Assembly (NCBI GenBank): GCA_032718475.1
Contig: JAUCBJ010008776.1
Span: 88,536 to 152,535 of the forward strand
Length of the DNA: 64,000 nt
Reading direction: 5' to 3'
Source of the DNA: Nemertoderma westbladi
Lineage: Eukaryota > Animalia > Xenacoelomorpha
Made by a program: the position numbers and the translations under genes. Shown piece after piece: positions 1-10,930 of this stretch (position 1 is its first letter; the number at the start of each line of letters is the position of its first letter). Under the pieces are notes generated by a model. It did no database searches. It saw nothing but the letters and a program-made list of their open reading frames with translations, and was not told the DNA's origin.

Positions 1-94
1 TACAGGTTCTAATTTGCCCTCAACATGTAGGATCCAAATCTCATTTGACTTAACTTAGCACCGGGAGCCGGTATAACGAATCACCTTACTATTA

Positions 95-330
95 TCGACA
101 TGCTGCATAGCAGCTGCATTATAAGCGGCATACCAACTATAATGCGTCACCAAAATTCTCTACAACAAATTACTTTCGCCAGATTATACGCATCTTCAAT
201 GCCAGTGTCCTTTAAAGGAGCATCTCAAGAAAGTCATGGGCTGTCCACCATGCTTATTCACTCCACGATGCCGCCAAATCACAAGATCATGCGAAGGCTT
301 GTCATCACGGCGAAATCAATGAGTTGCAAA
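95..330 (-). mobile_element. Degenerate 3' fragment of an RTE-like LINE
   Basis: Visibly homologous to 61200-61440 (e.g. gccagtgtccttta, catggg..tccaccatgcttattcactcca, tcacggcgaaa) but more diverged. Confidence 0.75.
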
Positions 331-2232
331 GCTGAGGCGGCTCTTTTTAAGGGTAAAGCTTGGAGATCTAATGAGTCACTCTCAATTATTATTATTATTA
401 TTATATTCATACTCCAATATGTGAAATATATGGGTACAGAGAGTAATATATACAAACAACTAAACAAATTCACCGGTATAGAAAGCACAAAATTAGTAAA
501 TACTCACAGAATTAGGAAAAAATATATAGCTTAGATAGAGATATAAATATAACTAGTAATGAATGTACTAGTAATGACAGAGTCTGTTTGAAAATGTGTT
601 TATTGTATTTGACACTAAAATACTAAAATCAGCGAATCATAACTTTGAAGAATCTACAAGCAGAATGTACAGTACAACTAATGTAAATAGAGCGGATGAT
701 TTGCGGTGTTTGTTATTCATCATTGTGCTTTGCACATTGTCATTGCAACAATATGTAATCCAATTAAAATGACAGATCCATGCACAAAGCTTTTAGTCTG
801 AATAATTATGTTGCATGCTCAGCGTTATGTTCGATTTTAACGGATGAATGTGGTGCATTTTCTGTTCCCCGTATATTTATGAATAATTGAATAATATATT
901 CAGCTAACAAAGCCCTTTACAACTGTTTTAACAATGACTGGGAATGACGTTGAAGGCCAATTACTGTAACCTTTTAGTTACATATATTTGAATGCGGTTG
1001 TACCATAAATATAATTAAAGGTGAGAACCAATTTTGATTTAGTAAGTTAATTATATATATATATATATTGTACATCAGTTTCACATTTTTCATTTGAATG
1101 GATTGGCATTATGATTCCCAGTATTTCATGATAATTCATGCGACTTAATGTGTTTATTGTTAACTAACCCTACCCCCAAAACAAAGCAAAACCCTGTCAC
1201 GGTGACTGAATTAAACAACCAGCAGATCTAAACTGTGGTACTTAAATAGCACATAGTTCGCTTTTAGGATCGAAGTTTACACACACCACAATTCACAGAC
1301 CACAATTAAGTGTGCCATAAGCCGATACGATTCCACAGAGATGGGTACTGGGGGACCGCCTTCGTGACTGCACCCAAGGGCGGCAATCACATATTGGTTC
1401 CCCATCCTCATCCTGCACATCCTCATTGTCATCATGATGATCTCAGTGTGAGACTGGTCTGAATAATTAACCAACATTACTAACTTAAGGGTTTTCCTGT
1501 ATTGATCACTATAGCAAAGGTTTTATCAGAGACTTACACCCCACAAGCGACAAAAAAAATATAGAATCAGGACATTTAGCCCAAAATTAGTACAAAGCCG
1601 CTAGAGGGCCATCGAAATCAAACAAACATAAAATATAAAATAAACAAAAATAAAAACCAAACATACTCAATCAAACAAACAACTAACTGCTCAACACACA
1701 GGTGTGTATCACAACCCTACCCTAATCCTATCCATCTTACACTAAATGATACCGGTAGTTTACTGCACATAACTAAGCCTATATTATGTAAGAAAATATA
1801 TGGCATTTTGTAGCCACAAAAAATAAATGGAGCAAAGGCAAAAAATAATTAATTTATCATATGGTTGCGTTTCGGTATCTGAAGACCACAGTACGCTGCT
1901 AATCTCCGACACCTCATCAGCTGGGTAAAAGAATTAGCCAGTACCTATCTATACTGCACCCATGACCTAGTTAATCGCACCAATCAACTCAGTTACCAAT
2001 TATCCCCACAGACATCTGACCTTAGAACTTTGAACCCACACTGTTGATAAATCAGTAATACCCATGGAATACTGTTAGGTCGCTAGGGCATACGCAAACA
2101 GTAAAAACAATAATAGATTTTAAAACACAATGCAGTAATGTCACAGATTGCTCTATACACTCATACATTAAACCACAATTAACCAACATTACTGACTTCT
2201 GACTACTGACTGGGGTTTTCCTGTATTGATCA

Positions 2233-2493
2233 CTATAGCAAAGGTTTTATCAGGGACTTACACCCCACAAACTACACAAAAAATATAGAATCAGGACATT
2301 TAGCCCAAAATTAGTACAAAGCCGCTAGGGCCATCAAAATCAAACAAATATAAAATAAACAAAAATAAAAAACCAAACATACTAAACTGCTCAACACACC
2401 GGTGTGTATCACAAAATTTTGGGCTAAATGTCCTGATTCTATATTTTTTTTTGTAGTTTGTGGGGTGTAAGTCTCTGATAAAACCTTTGCTAT
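2233..2493. mobile_element. MITE-like foldback with ~80-bp inverted arms; one-armed direct copy at ~1490-1712
   Basis: tatagcaaaggttttatcag...ggacatttagcccaaaatt (2233-2312) is mirrored by aattttgggctaaatgtcc...ctgataaaacctttgctata (2415-2493). The left arm plus spacer recur at 1490-1712. Confidence 0.7.
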
Positions 2494-2662
2494 ACTGGTC
2501 TGAATGACCGAGTGAAAATTGAGTTGCCAATATTTCAGCCATAGAGGTTGATAAACAAACAATAATACAAAATACAGAACTTCATCAGGACATACGGAAA
2601 TTGCTAAAACAAAACAAACTAAACTACTGACAGCTATAGGCCTACCCATGTCCGGATTTAGA

Positions 2663-3060
2663 GTGGTGGGTGGCCTGGGGTCGGGTCAGTGGTGGGGGCC
2701 TGGGGCCGGGTCAGTGGTGAACCGGCCTGGGGCCGGGTCAGTGGTAGGGGGCCTGGGGCCGGGTCAGTGGTGGGTGGCCTGGGGCCGGGTCAGTGTGGTA
2801 GGGGGCCTGGGGCCGGTCAGTGGTGGGGGGCCTGGGGCGGGGTCAGTGGTAGGGGGCCTGGGGCCGGGTCAGTGGTGGGGGGCCTGGGACCGGGTCAGTG
2901 GTGGGTGGCCTGGGGCCGGGTCAGTGGTGGGGGCCTGGAGCCGGGTCAGGGATGGGGGGGGCCTGGGGCCAGGTCAGTGGTAGGGGGGGGGGGGGGGGCT
3001 GGGGCCGGGTCAGTGGTGGGGGGCCTGGGGCCGGGTCAGTGGTGGAGGTCCTGGGCCTGG
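2663..3060 (+). repeat. G-rich minisatellite, ~27-28-bp unit GGGGCCTGGGGCCGGGTCAGTGGT(G/A)
   Basis: About 14 tandem imperfect units read directly. The overlapping Gly/Trp-rich ORFs are by-products of the repeat. Confidence 0.9.
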
Positions 3061-3220
3061 GCTCTACTGTATGGGATTTACACATACTGCGCCGAGCACT
3101 TCTCAAAGACTATACTATACTGAAAGGCACATTTTCTCTCGTTTTCATTACCCTAACTTTTCAATATATTTATCGCAAATACCTTTCAAAGAGACCTGAA
3201 TGTAGTTGTAAATAAAATAG

Positions 3221-3488
3221 TAGGGATGTTGAGTCAGGAAATTTCCTGAAATTTCCTATATATTTTTCCGGAAATTTCCTATACATTTTCTGGAAATTTC
3301 CTATTTTATTATGCACATAGTAAAACACAAGTAGAGCAAGCACATGAAACAAGGGATTCCTGCTTAGATGTGTTTAGGTGGTTCGTTGTCTTGTCTCTTG
3401 TGGTTGTAACTACGGATGAAATATACTTTTCCGGGAATTTTCTGGAAATTTCCTTAAAAAACATATTTCCGGAAAACTCACATCCATA
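3221..3488. mobile_element. Short non-autonomous hAT-like MITE
   Basis: Ends tagggatgttgagt ... actcacatccata form an imperfect TIR with a TAGGG terminus. Internal repeated ggaaatttcc motifs. Confidence 0.5.
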
Positions 3489-5377
3489 TATTGGACTAGG
3501 AAATTAGAAATTTGAAGCATGTTCCTGTTTATATCAGTAGAAAAACATCTGATCAAAAAATGCAAGAATCGAAAGTGAAAAAACTATAATTTCATAAGCT
3601 AATGTACAAAAATATATTGACTGTTTTTCACTTTTTGTTTTTGATTTTCATATATTTTGGGAAAATAAGTATCAAAATTCAAAATTGCCATGTTCGAATT
3701 CAGTTCGGTTCCGGTTCGGCTCCTCTACTGTTCGGTCGATCCCTATAGTCGAGCCGAAATTTTAATAAATAAAACTACATTTTGCGTCCGAACTACAATA
3801 CCAGAATTAATTAACCGTATACTACCAGCCCGTGTTATGTGATTGCATGTACTTTATTATTTAGGGTAGGGTGTCCAAAAAATAATTTTAACACTTATGT
3901 AATTATCACTTGTCGGTTTCATGTTGTTTCGGTTTTACGATGGTGGGTGGGCGGTCTGGCTGCATGGGGAGGAGCATGAGGAGTGTAGCAAGTTTCTCGG
4001 ATACTCAATAGTTGCCACCCATCCCTTCTTACGTATACTATGGAGCAATCTTACACTAGTATAAGATTAGAGATGAAGCGGTAGGCGGTAGCCAATGGGG
4101 TGTGGTATTCATGATAGATATACTATTGATGCAAGGGTACAAAGGTTACAAGGTATACAGTTTAACTACTAATCTTTATAACCTTTTTCTTCCCCCATTT
4201 ATGCGCGTTAAAATTAAAATTACTACTTTGATTTCACCTACCGTGCAACACTTCTTTGTTTAAACCAAATTATACCTATTGAGTCTATTGTAATTACTGT
4301 AGTATTGTAATTAGCATTGGTAGCTCCTCTATGTTTGGTTATGTTCAGTTTGGTGTTGGTGGAGGGAATTTTAAATGTCAGTTTTATATCTGCATATCTT
4401 TCTTATGGTCTGAAGCAGGCCGTTTGCAGATAACGTTTACAACTAGCTCTATTTTCAGCCAGTCAGACCCCATACTGCCTGTCTGTCACTGACAACTTGC
4501 ATCAATATTATATATATTAATTACACTAGTATAACCGTAACCACTTCAATTAATAAAGCCAGACATTTAATTCGATTTTGAATTGAATATTAAACCATCC
4601 AATAAAGGTATTTTTCTCAACTTTTATAGTTGCCACCCGTTAAGTGAGCCATACGTAACAGTAACAGCAACACTTTGGAAGGACGTGAGCGCAGTCTTGA
4701 TGAAATTGACGTAGACGTAGTGACGTCGAGGTATTGGGGAACTAAGTTCATTGTGTATTAATTGATTGACCATGCCAAGATTGTGGTTTTTAAACTAAAA
4801 CAAATATATGAATTTCATCTTATCTATATGAAAATCTCAATTGTATTGTAAAAAAATCTCCGCTTTCATTTGTGGAAATTATTAAATTTCCTTGCCGTTT
4901 TTCATTAGTTACCTTAATATGTGGGGGAATTTTTGAATATTTAAAAATTGTGTGGTACTTCCAGTTACCGAGATATAGTAATGAATTTGCAAGAGGTCCA
5001 GTGTAAATTTGATTCCTTTCCAATTGAATAAAATGTTATAGCAACATCATTCTATATTCTGGAACATAATTATTTCGACCATTGATCTTACATACTCAAC
5101 CTTTTGTTTGGCTTGTATAGTGCGAATTTTTGTAGTTTTCGTACTCGTAGTTTTGCTCGATACCCATAATCATTCATAAAACAATTTTCGCACTTTTCTC
5201 AGAATTTCCACTATTCATACAAAGTAATTCATATAAAGTAAACATAAAACTCAATATTATAAAGTTTAATTATAAAGTCACAACTTCTATATTATACAAC
5301 CGAACAAAGGTAAACTGTATTAAGTAATAGCATTTCGCCATAGTTCTGTCAGTAATTAATGTACTATAGTTACATCT

Positions 5378-5916
5378 TTAGAGACATATAACAAGAAACT
5401 CCAAGACAATCATTGGAACATAGGTGATCGATCCACTTGGGAAAGTGATAGTGGTTGGAGATGTAGTAGGCGCATCCATCTTCCACACTTCTGGGGTACA
5501 CTGCTGCTCAGAACAGCATTGATTTTGGCAAACATAATTTATTGTTGTGGTCCCATCTAATGCGCTTTCAGAGATTTTATTCAATATAACAATCAATTCG
5601 TTTTCGTATCCGACCCAATCTTTATTCACGAGCTCACCGCATTCGTCTTCCGTTAGAGGATCACACTGCCCTTGTTTTCTGTAGCACACACTTAGAATGA
5701 TATCCGCAGTAAATGTCATACCATTCTTGGTTTGGATTGTCAGTCGACGTGATAGGGTTCCGCAATCATAGCATACGCGATCCAACATCCGCGGCTTGGA
5801 CAAGACGAAAAAGCCGTCTATAAATTCCCAGTTTCCTTGGTTTCCTAACAGGAAAGCTACTGCGACTGACAGATAGATATGTGGAATGATAAGAAGACGA
5901 GATATAAAATTATCAT
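5378..5916 (-). CDS. Putative host gene: small secreted/GPI-anchored Cys-rich Ly6/uPAR (three-finger)-like protein; exons 5916-5871 and 5817-5378
   Basis: ORF 5378-5803 has VCYDC, internal Cys residues, CQNQCCSEQQC, an S/T/P linker and a hydrophobic C-terminal tail. The ATG at 5916 encodes MIILYLVFLSFHISI. Removing GTCAGT...TTTATAG (5870-5818) joins it in frame as MIILYLVFLSFHISIYGFFVLSKPRMLDRVCYDC. Confidence 0.6.
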
Positions 5917-6010
5917 TATTGTAAATATGGCTGCTGATCTTTCAACAATGTTTAAATTTTAACTGGATTCTCTATTTCCAATTGCATGCGATCTCATTTA
6001 ATCTGATAAA

Positions 6011-9000
6011 TATTACGAGGGGGTAGAGTGGCCAGTTGGCCACTATACCCCTGGAAATAGTTTTAGGTAGATAAATAAATGGAATTATATTACATATATA
6101 TTCATATTATATATGTATATATATATATTTACAAAAATTTTCTTATCTCTCTCAACACCAACCATACGTGTGTCTGGTGGTTTACCAAGAAAAAATTACA
6201 TTAAATTATATTTTCTCATAAATATATATAAACCACTCAGTCACTTAAAAATCGCTACTATTTTGCACCCTACAGTAAAAAAAATGCCTTCTAAAAAGGT
6301 GATAACTATTAGGGAATCTATGTTGGTGGAACACCATATATCAATAATAGGTACTAGGGCCCATGTAAAGCGAGATCAAGCAGCGGCTGCAGCAGAAGAA
6401 CAACCAGAGAGACCAGTAGAGAATAGCATCGCGAATGAATCCAGTGGTCACAGCTCCAGTACCGAGGAGTTGACACCCTCCACAGTCAGTCAAGGAGTGG
6501 GAGAAATTTCCAACCCAAACCCACTCTTTATTCTTCCAAGTGGAAGGCTTCTACGTATCTTTCCAGCAATAGAGGAACATCTGGCCCATTTGATACAGAA
6601 CAAATGACCCACGAATGAAAGTTACGCAGAGTACCCGCGTGGGGAATTGGAGTTGATCATAGAGATTCAGTGGAACTTTCCCGCACCCAGAAAATCTTTC
6701 AAATTATCAAAAGTCTCTTGAGATGACCTCCATCAGCTAGGTATGGCAAGAGACACACAAGACCCAGCAGTATGGAAACGATCGGCAGCCGGATACGTCC
6801 AAGGATTCTTGAACTCAATGGGGAAATTGGAAACCCAGCTGTTCAGAGGTCAGCTAGAACCTAAAGAACAGGGTCAGCTGTTGTATCAAGTACGAGAATG
6901 GATACTGAGCATTCGACTGATTTTGTCAGCCTTTGAAGAATACCACGCAATACCTCGCTGCATGTAGCTATAAAGACCTGGTTTCAATGTGTTGGTGAAC
7001 GTGTTCAAGGGACGTCAAGTTGGAAGGCACAGTTAGCAGATCAACTCGCTTATGGAAAATCCACCAATGCTCTTTTTTCGTATGGAGAAGAAGAAGCAGC
7101 ACCCGGGGCACCACTTAAGAAAGACGCTATAGACATCTACTTGTCAGGTTATCAAAGGTTCATAGGAGATCAGGAGTTAAGGAGACGTCTGGCGGGACTA
7201 GACCCACATAGTGAGGCAGCCAATCTGATATTAGACGCATTAGATGCCGAGATGGAAGTGGTAGAGCAAGCTAAGATCACTGAAAATGACCTCATCGCCC
7301 TGGAAAAGACCAAGGGAGTGAAGAGAGATTTGATTGAGGCTCAAAGAAGAGCTGCAGCAGCAGAAGCAGATGTGGAAAGAAAAGCTGTAGCAGCTGAAGC
7401 CGAAGCGGACAGAAAGGAAGCCGAAAGGGAAAGAAAGGTTGCAACAGCTGAAGCCGAAAGAGAAAGAAAGGCAGCAGAAAAGTTGGCCCAATAAGAATTG
7501 GAGACTATTAAAGAACAACAAGAGCTGCAAAGAAAACAAATAGAAGAAGCGAAGATGAAAATCAGAAGTCGGTCAGCTCCTAAAAGACATGGATTCCTTA
7601 CCTCATCAGATGAAGGTACTACTACAGAATCTAAGTGTAGGAGTTATAAATCCAATTTGAACAGACACAGACAGGCTCCTATACGACGCAAGTTACCTAA
7701 CTTGCCCCAACCCCCCCCCCCCCCCCCTCCCCCAGTGAGAAGAGAGTTGGCTAACCCTGATTTAAAGTCTGGGGAATTAACATCCAAAATTGTTCAGTCT
7801 GATAGGCTTCCCACCATCTTGGACATGCCTGAAATAAGTAGGTCTGTCATTAGGACTACCACAATGGTTGAGACTCCCTTAATATTAGGCCCTGATTCGA
7901 AATTTCCTTTGGAAAGCACTAATCTTCCCTTGACGAGTAGCTGACGAATCCCAGAGGCTGTTATTAGCGGAGCCAATAAAGGGGAGCGCGAGTCCTTTGG
8001 GCATGATTCATCCCCCGTCGCCTCCAGTACTCATCCGCTCAGAGCCACTCCGTTAGCACACCATATTCCATCGGCCGAGTGGATTGAGGAACGGCGACAG
8101 GAGATGGGTAAGTCAATCAAGTCAAGTCCATCAAGCGGTATCAGTGGGAGAGGTCGTAAAGTTTATGAAATGGCTACCTTTTAATGAATTTTATAAGGAT
8201 AACTCAGGCGGGGTAGCTCAGTTGGTTGAGCACCGGGCCTGCAATCTAATGATTGTAGGTTCAGCCCCGCCAGGGTCCACTCAGCCTTTCATCCACTGGG
8301 GTCGATAAAATGAGTACCAGTTAAATAACTGGGAGCAAATCTTGGGATAGGAGTAGCGCCCACCCCTACCCTCGGGTAGCAGCTATCGAAAGAGCAGCTA
8401 TCGAAAGATAACTCAAGGCGGGGTAGCTCAGTTGGTTGAGCACCGGGCCTGCAATCTAATGATTGTAGGTTCAGCCCCGCCAGGATCCACTCAGCCTTTC
8501 ATCCACTGGGGTCGATAAAATGAGTACCAGTTAAATAACTGGGAGCAAATCTTGGGATAGGAGTAGCGCCCACCCCTACCCTCGGGTAGCAGCTATCGAA
8601 AGAGGAGCCTTTGGGTCGCCTCCGGCTTCGGCCGACTGTTTGCTTGATAAGGATAACAAACAAAACTCTGTATTATCGAACAGTGAAAAGTTACGATTCC
8701 TCATCGAGTGCTTGGAAGGCCCTCCCAAATTGATATTGAGTTCATAGGACATCCGGACGGATTGAAACAAGTCTGGGATACACTCAATATCAGGTATGGA
8801 AATAGAACTAACATAGCTAGGTATTTGAATGCTAAATTAGTAGCTCCCCGGAAATTCCCTAGCAATCTAATCATAGAGATTTCGGATGATATTCAGGAAA
8901 TATGTAAACAGTTAGATTGGTTAGATAAATCTGTAGAGTACCAAAGTTTGATGGTAGTCGGAACTGTAGCTGCGTCGTTACCCAAGGGCGGAGTAGGCAC

Positions 9001-10930
9001 TCGTTGAGACAAGAAGGTCCTGTACTTCGTGGACCATCATGGGAGAGATCACAAAATGGTGGACCTTATTAAGTTCCTAACAGGATAGGTGAGATTACAG
9101 CTTATTAGACAGTCTAGAGAGAAGACTCCGGAAACTAAGGTAAGTGAGAAACCTATTACTAGGCGTAAGATAACTCCTGTCTGTTACACTGAATATGAGA
9201 GCCAAACTTCTTGTGAAGAGGAAAGCGGCAAAGATACCGCAGATATATATTATACCACTAAAGGTAAGGATAAAGGTAAACACAAGGTTACAACCAATAA
9301 TAACAAGAGGGAATACTTCTAAACTCCTCCGACTTCACCCAAGAGGATTCCTAATAAGAAACCTGAGAAAAAAAACTCGTATGCAATCACTTTTCCACCC
9401 AAGGGAACCAACCTTAAACCAAAGTGTGTGTTATTCGAGGGACCACACTACCTGAATAAGTGTGAGGAATTCCTACAAAAGGACCTTAAGGACAGGCATA
9501 GTGTAACTTGGAATAAGAGGTTATGTTACAAATGTTTAAGGAAAAGACATCAGAGGAAGACTTGTTATTTGGACTCTAAGTGCGCTAAGTATGGAGCTAA
9601 ACACCATTCTTTGCTACAGTGTGAGTTTGACAAGGTAAGCGAACCCGAAATGCATGTCCAGTTCAATGATGTGAATGACATACACCAGAGTTCAGGATGG
9701 AAGGATTCTACACTGATGAGTTTTACGATGAGAACGAATCCTGCTACATGATTAATGCTTCCATCTATAGAGCCCTCACCCATGAGACAACAATTGATGG
9801 AGAGGAAGTTAAACTACCAATTCCTGATAAACACGTCTTGTGGAAGGTCTCTCAACCATCTGTTGGCATTAGAGAGTTTCCCATATACAAGGACAAGGTA
9901 AGAGTTTGATATTGAACACCCTCCTTGATTCAGGAAGTACGGCACTTTCATAGACAAAGATCTAGCCGAATACATTTTTGATGGACAGGAGAAGTTCCGA
10001 ACCAAACTAAATCTCTCTGGAATCATGCAAGTGTGGAAATCTACTATTGAGACGGACTTCTATGTGGGATCACTATCTACCCCACAGGTTAAATCAGGTA
10101 AGGATAGCGTAAAGTATATAAAAATGGCTATTAAGAACTTTGCCACCAGTCAGGTAGAACCTTATGATTGGGATGAAGACAGTTTTTCTAACTAGTATAG
10201 GGTTCCCAGATTTAAGACCGACTATCCAGGAGTCCAGATGTTAATAGGCCAAAACGCCCATGAAGCGTTAGAAACCTTGGAGAAGAGACCTGCCCAACCA
10301 CGACCTGGGCAAACATACACAGGAAGAACTCGGGTAGGTTGGTATTTCACTGGCCCATCTCAATGAACCCTGAGGGAAAGAACAGAAAACATCAATATGA
10401 GGCAGGTAAGTGAGAGTATAGAAATAGTAAATGAGGAAGTAATCACAGCTGAGGAAACTCCATGCTCCTCTGTTAATGACGATATACATGTATTGTATGA
10501 TGAGGATAATATAATAGGACCACTCACTGAAAATCAAGCCTGGTCTAATCAAACAGAATTATGTGAACTGATTCCACAAAATAACGAGTTATTAGCTTAC
10601 GAAGATGACGAACTCAATGAAGTGGTGGAGTGATACAATGCAAAACTGAGAGATGAACATGCCGTGAGATTATTTACGCAAGAAGCTGTTAAACCTAACT
10701 CATATGTTAAAACTCTATCCGTAGAGGAGGAGAGAGCTAAAGAACTTCAAGCTACGACAACTCGTTATCTCAAAGGGCAGGGTCGTTACGAGATCGGTTT
10801 ACCTTTCAGGAAATGAGAACCCAGCTTCATAAATAATCGACCATTAGCCACCAAAAGAATCGAACAACTACATCGACGCTTATCCACTAACAATAAAGCT
10901 AAAGAGATGTATGAAACTCAACTGTAAAAG
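6011..10930 (+). mobile_element. Decayed, 3'-truncated BEL/Pao LTR retrotransposon (candidate 5' LTR, gag, protease, start of RT)
   Basis: Pao-type zinc knuckles CYKCLRKRHQRKTC...KC..YGAKHHSLL (~9525-9615). Aspartic protease motif LLDSGS at ~9921-9938. BEL pre-RT motif GRYEIGLPF...NNRPLATKRIEQL (~10780-10870). PBS-like TGGTG at 6175. Many stops and frameshifts; no RNase H, integrase or 3' LTR seen. Confidence 0.8.
8204..8646 (+). mobile_element. tRNA-derived SINE present as a tandem dimer, inserted in the BEL gag
   Basis: Head GGCGGGGTAGCTCAGTTGGTTGAGC...CTGCAA...GGTTCAGCCCCGCC has A and B boxes and a GCA anticodon-like loop. Central CACTCAGCCTTTCATCCACTGGGGTCGATAAAATGAGTACCAG. 11-bp TSD ataaggataac at 8193-8203 and 8647-8657. 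Confidence 0.85.

Noticed and set aside
2648-3215. Gly/Trp-rich ORFs
   Set aside because: All three frames are open because of the G-rich minisatellite.
5818-5916. Stop-codon reassignment (three in-frame TAGs after the signal peptide)
   Set aside because: All three TAGs fall inside the predicted 53-nt intron. Nothing else in the window requires TAG read-through.
8207-8275. Functional tRNA-Cys gene (and its copy at ~8417-8485)
   Set aside because: The anticodon stem does not pair properly, and the sequence continues into a SINE body flanked by a TSD.
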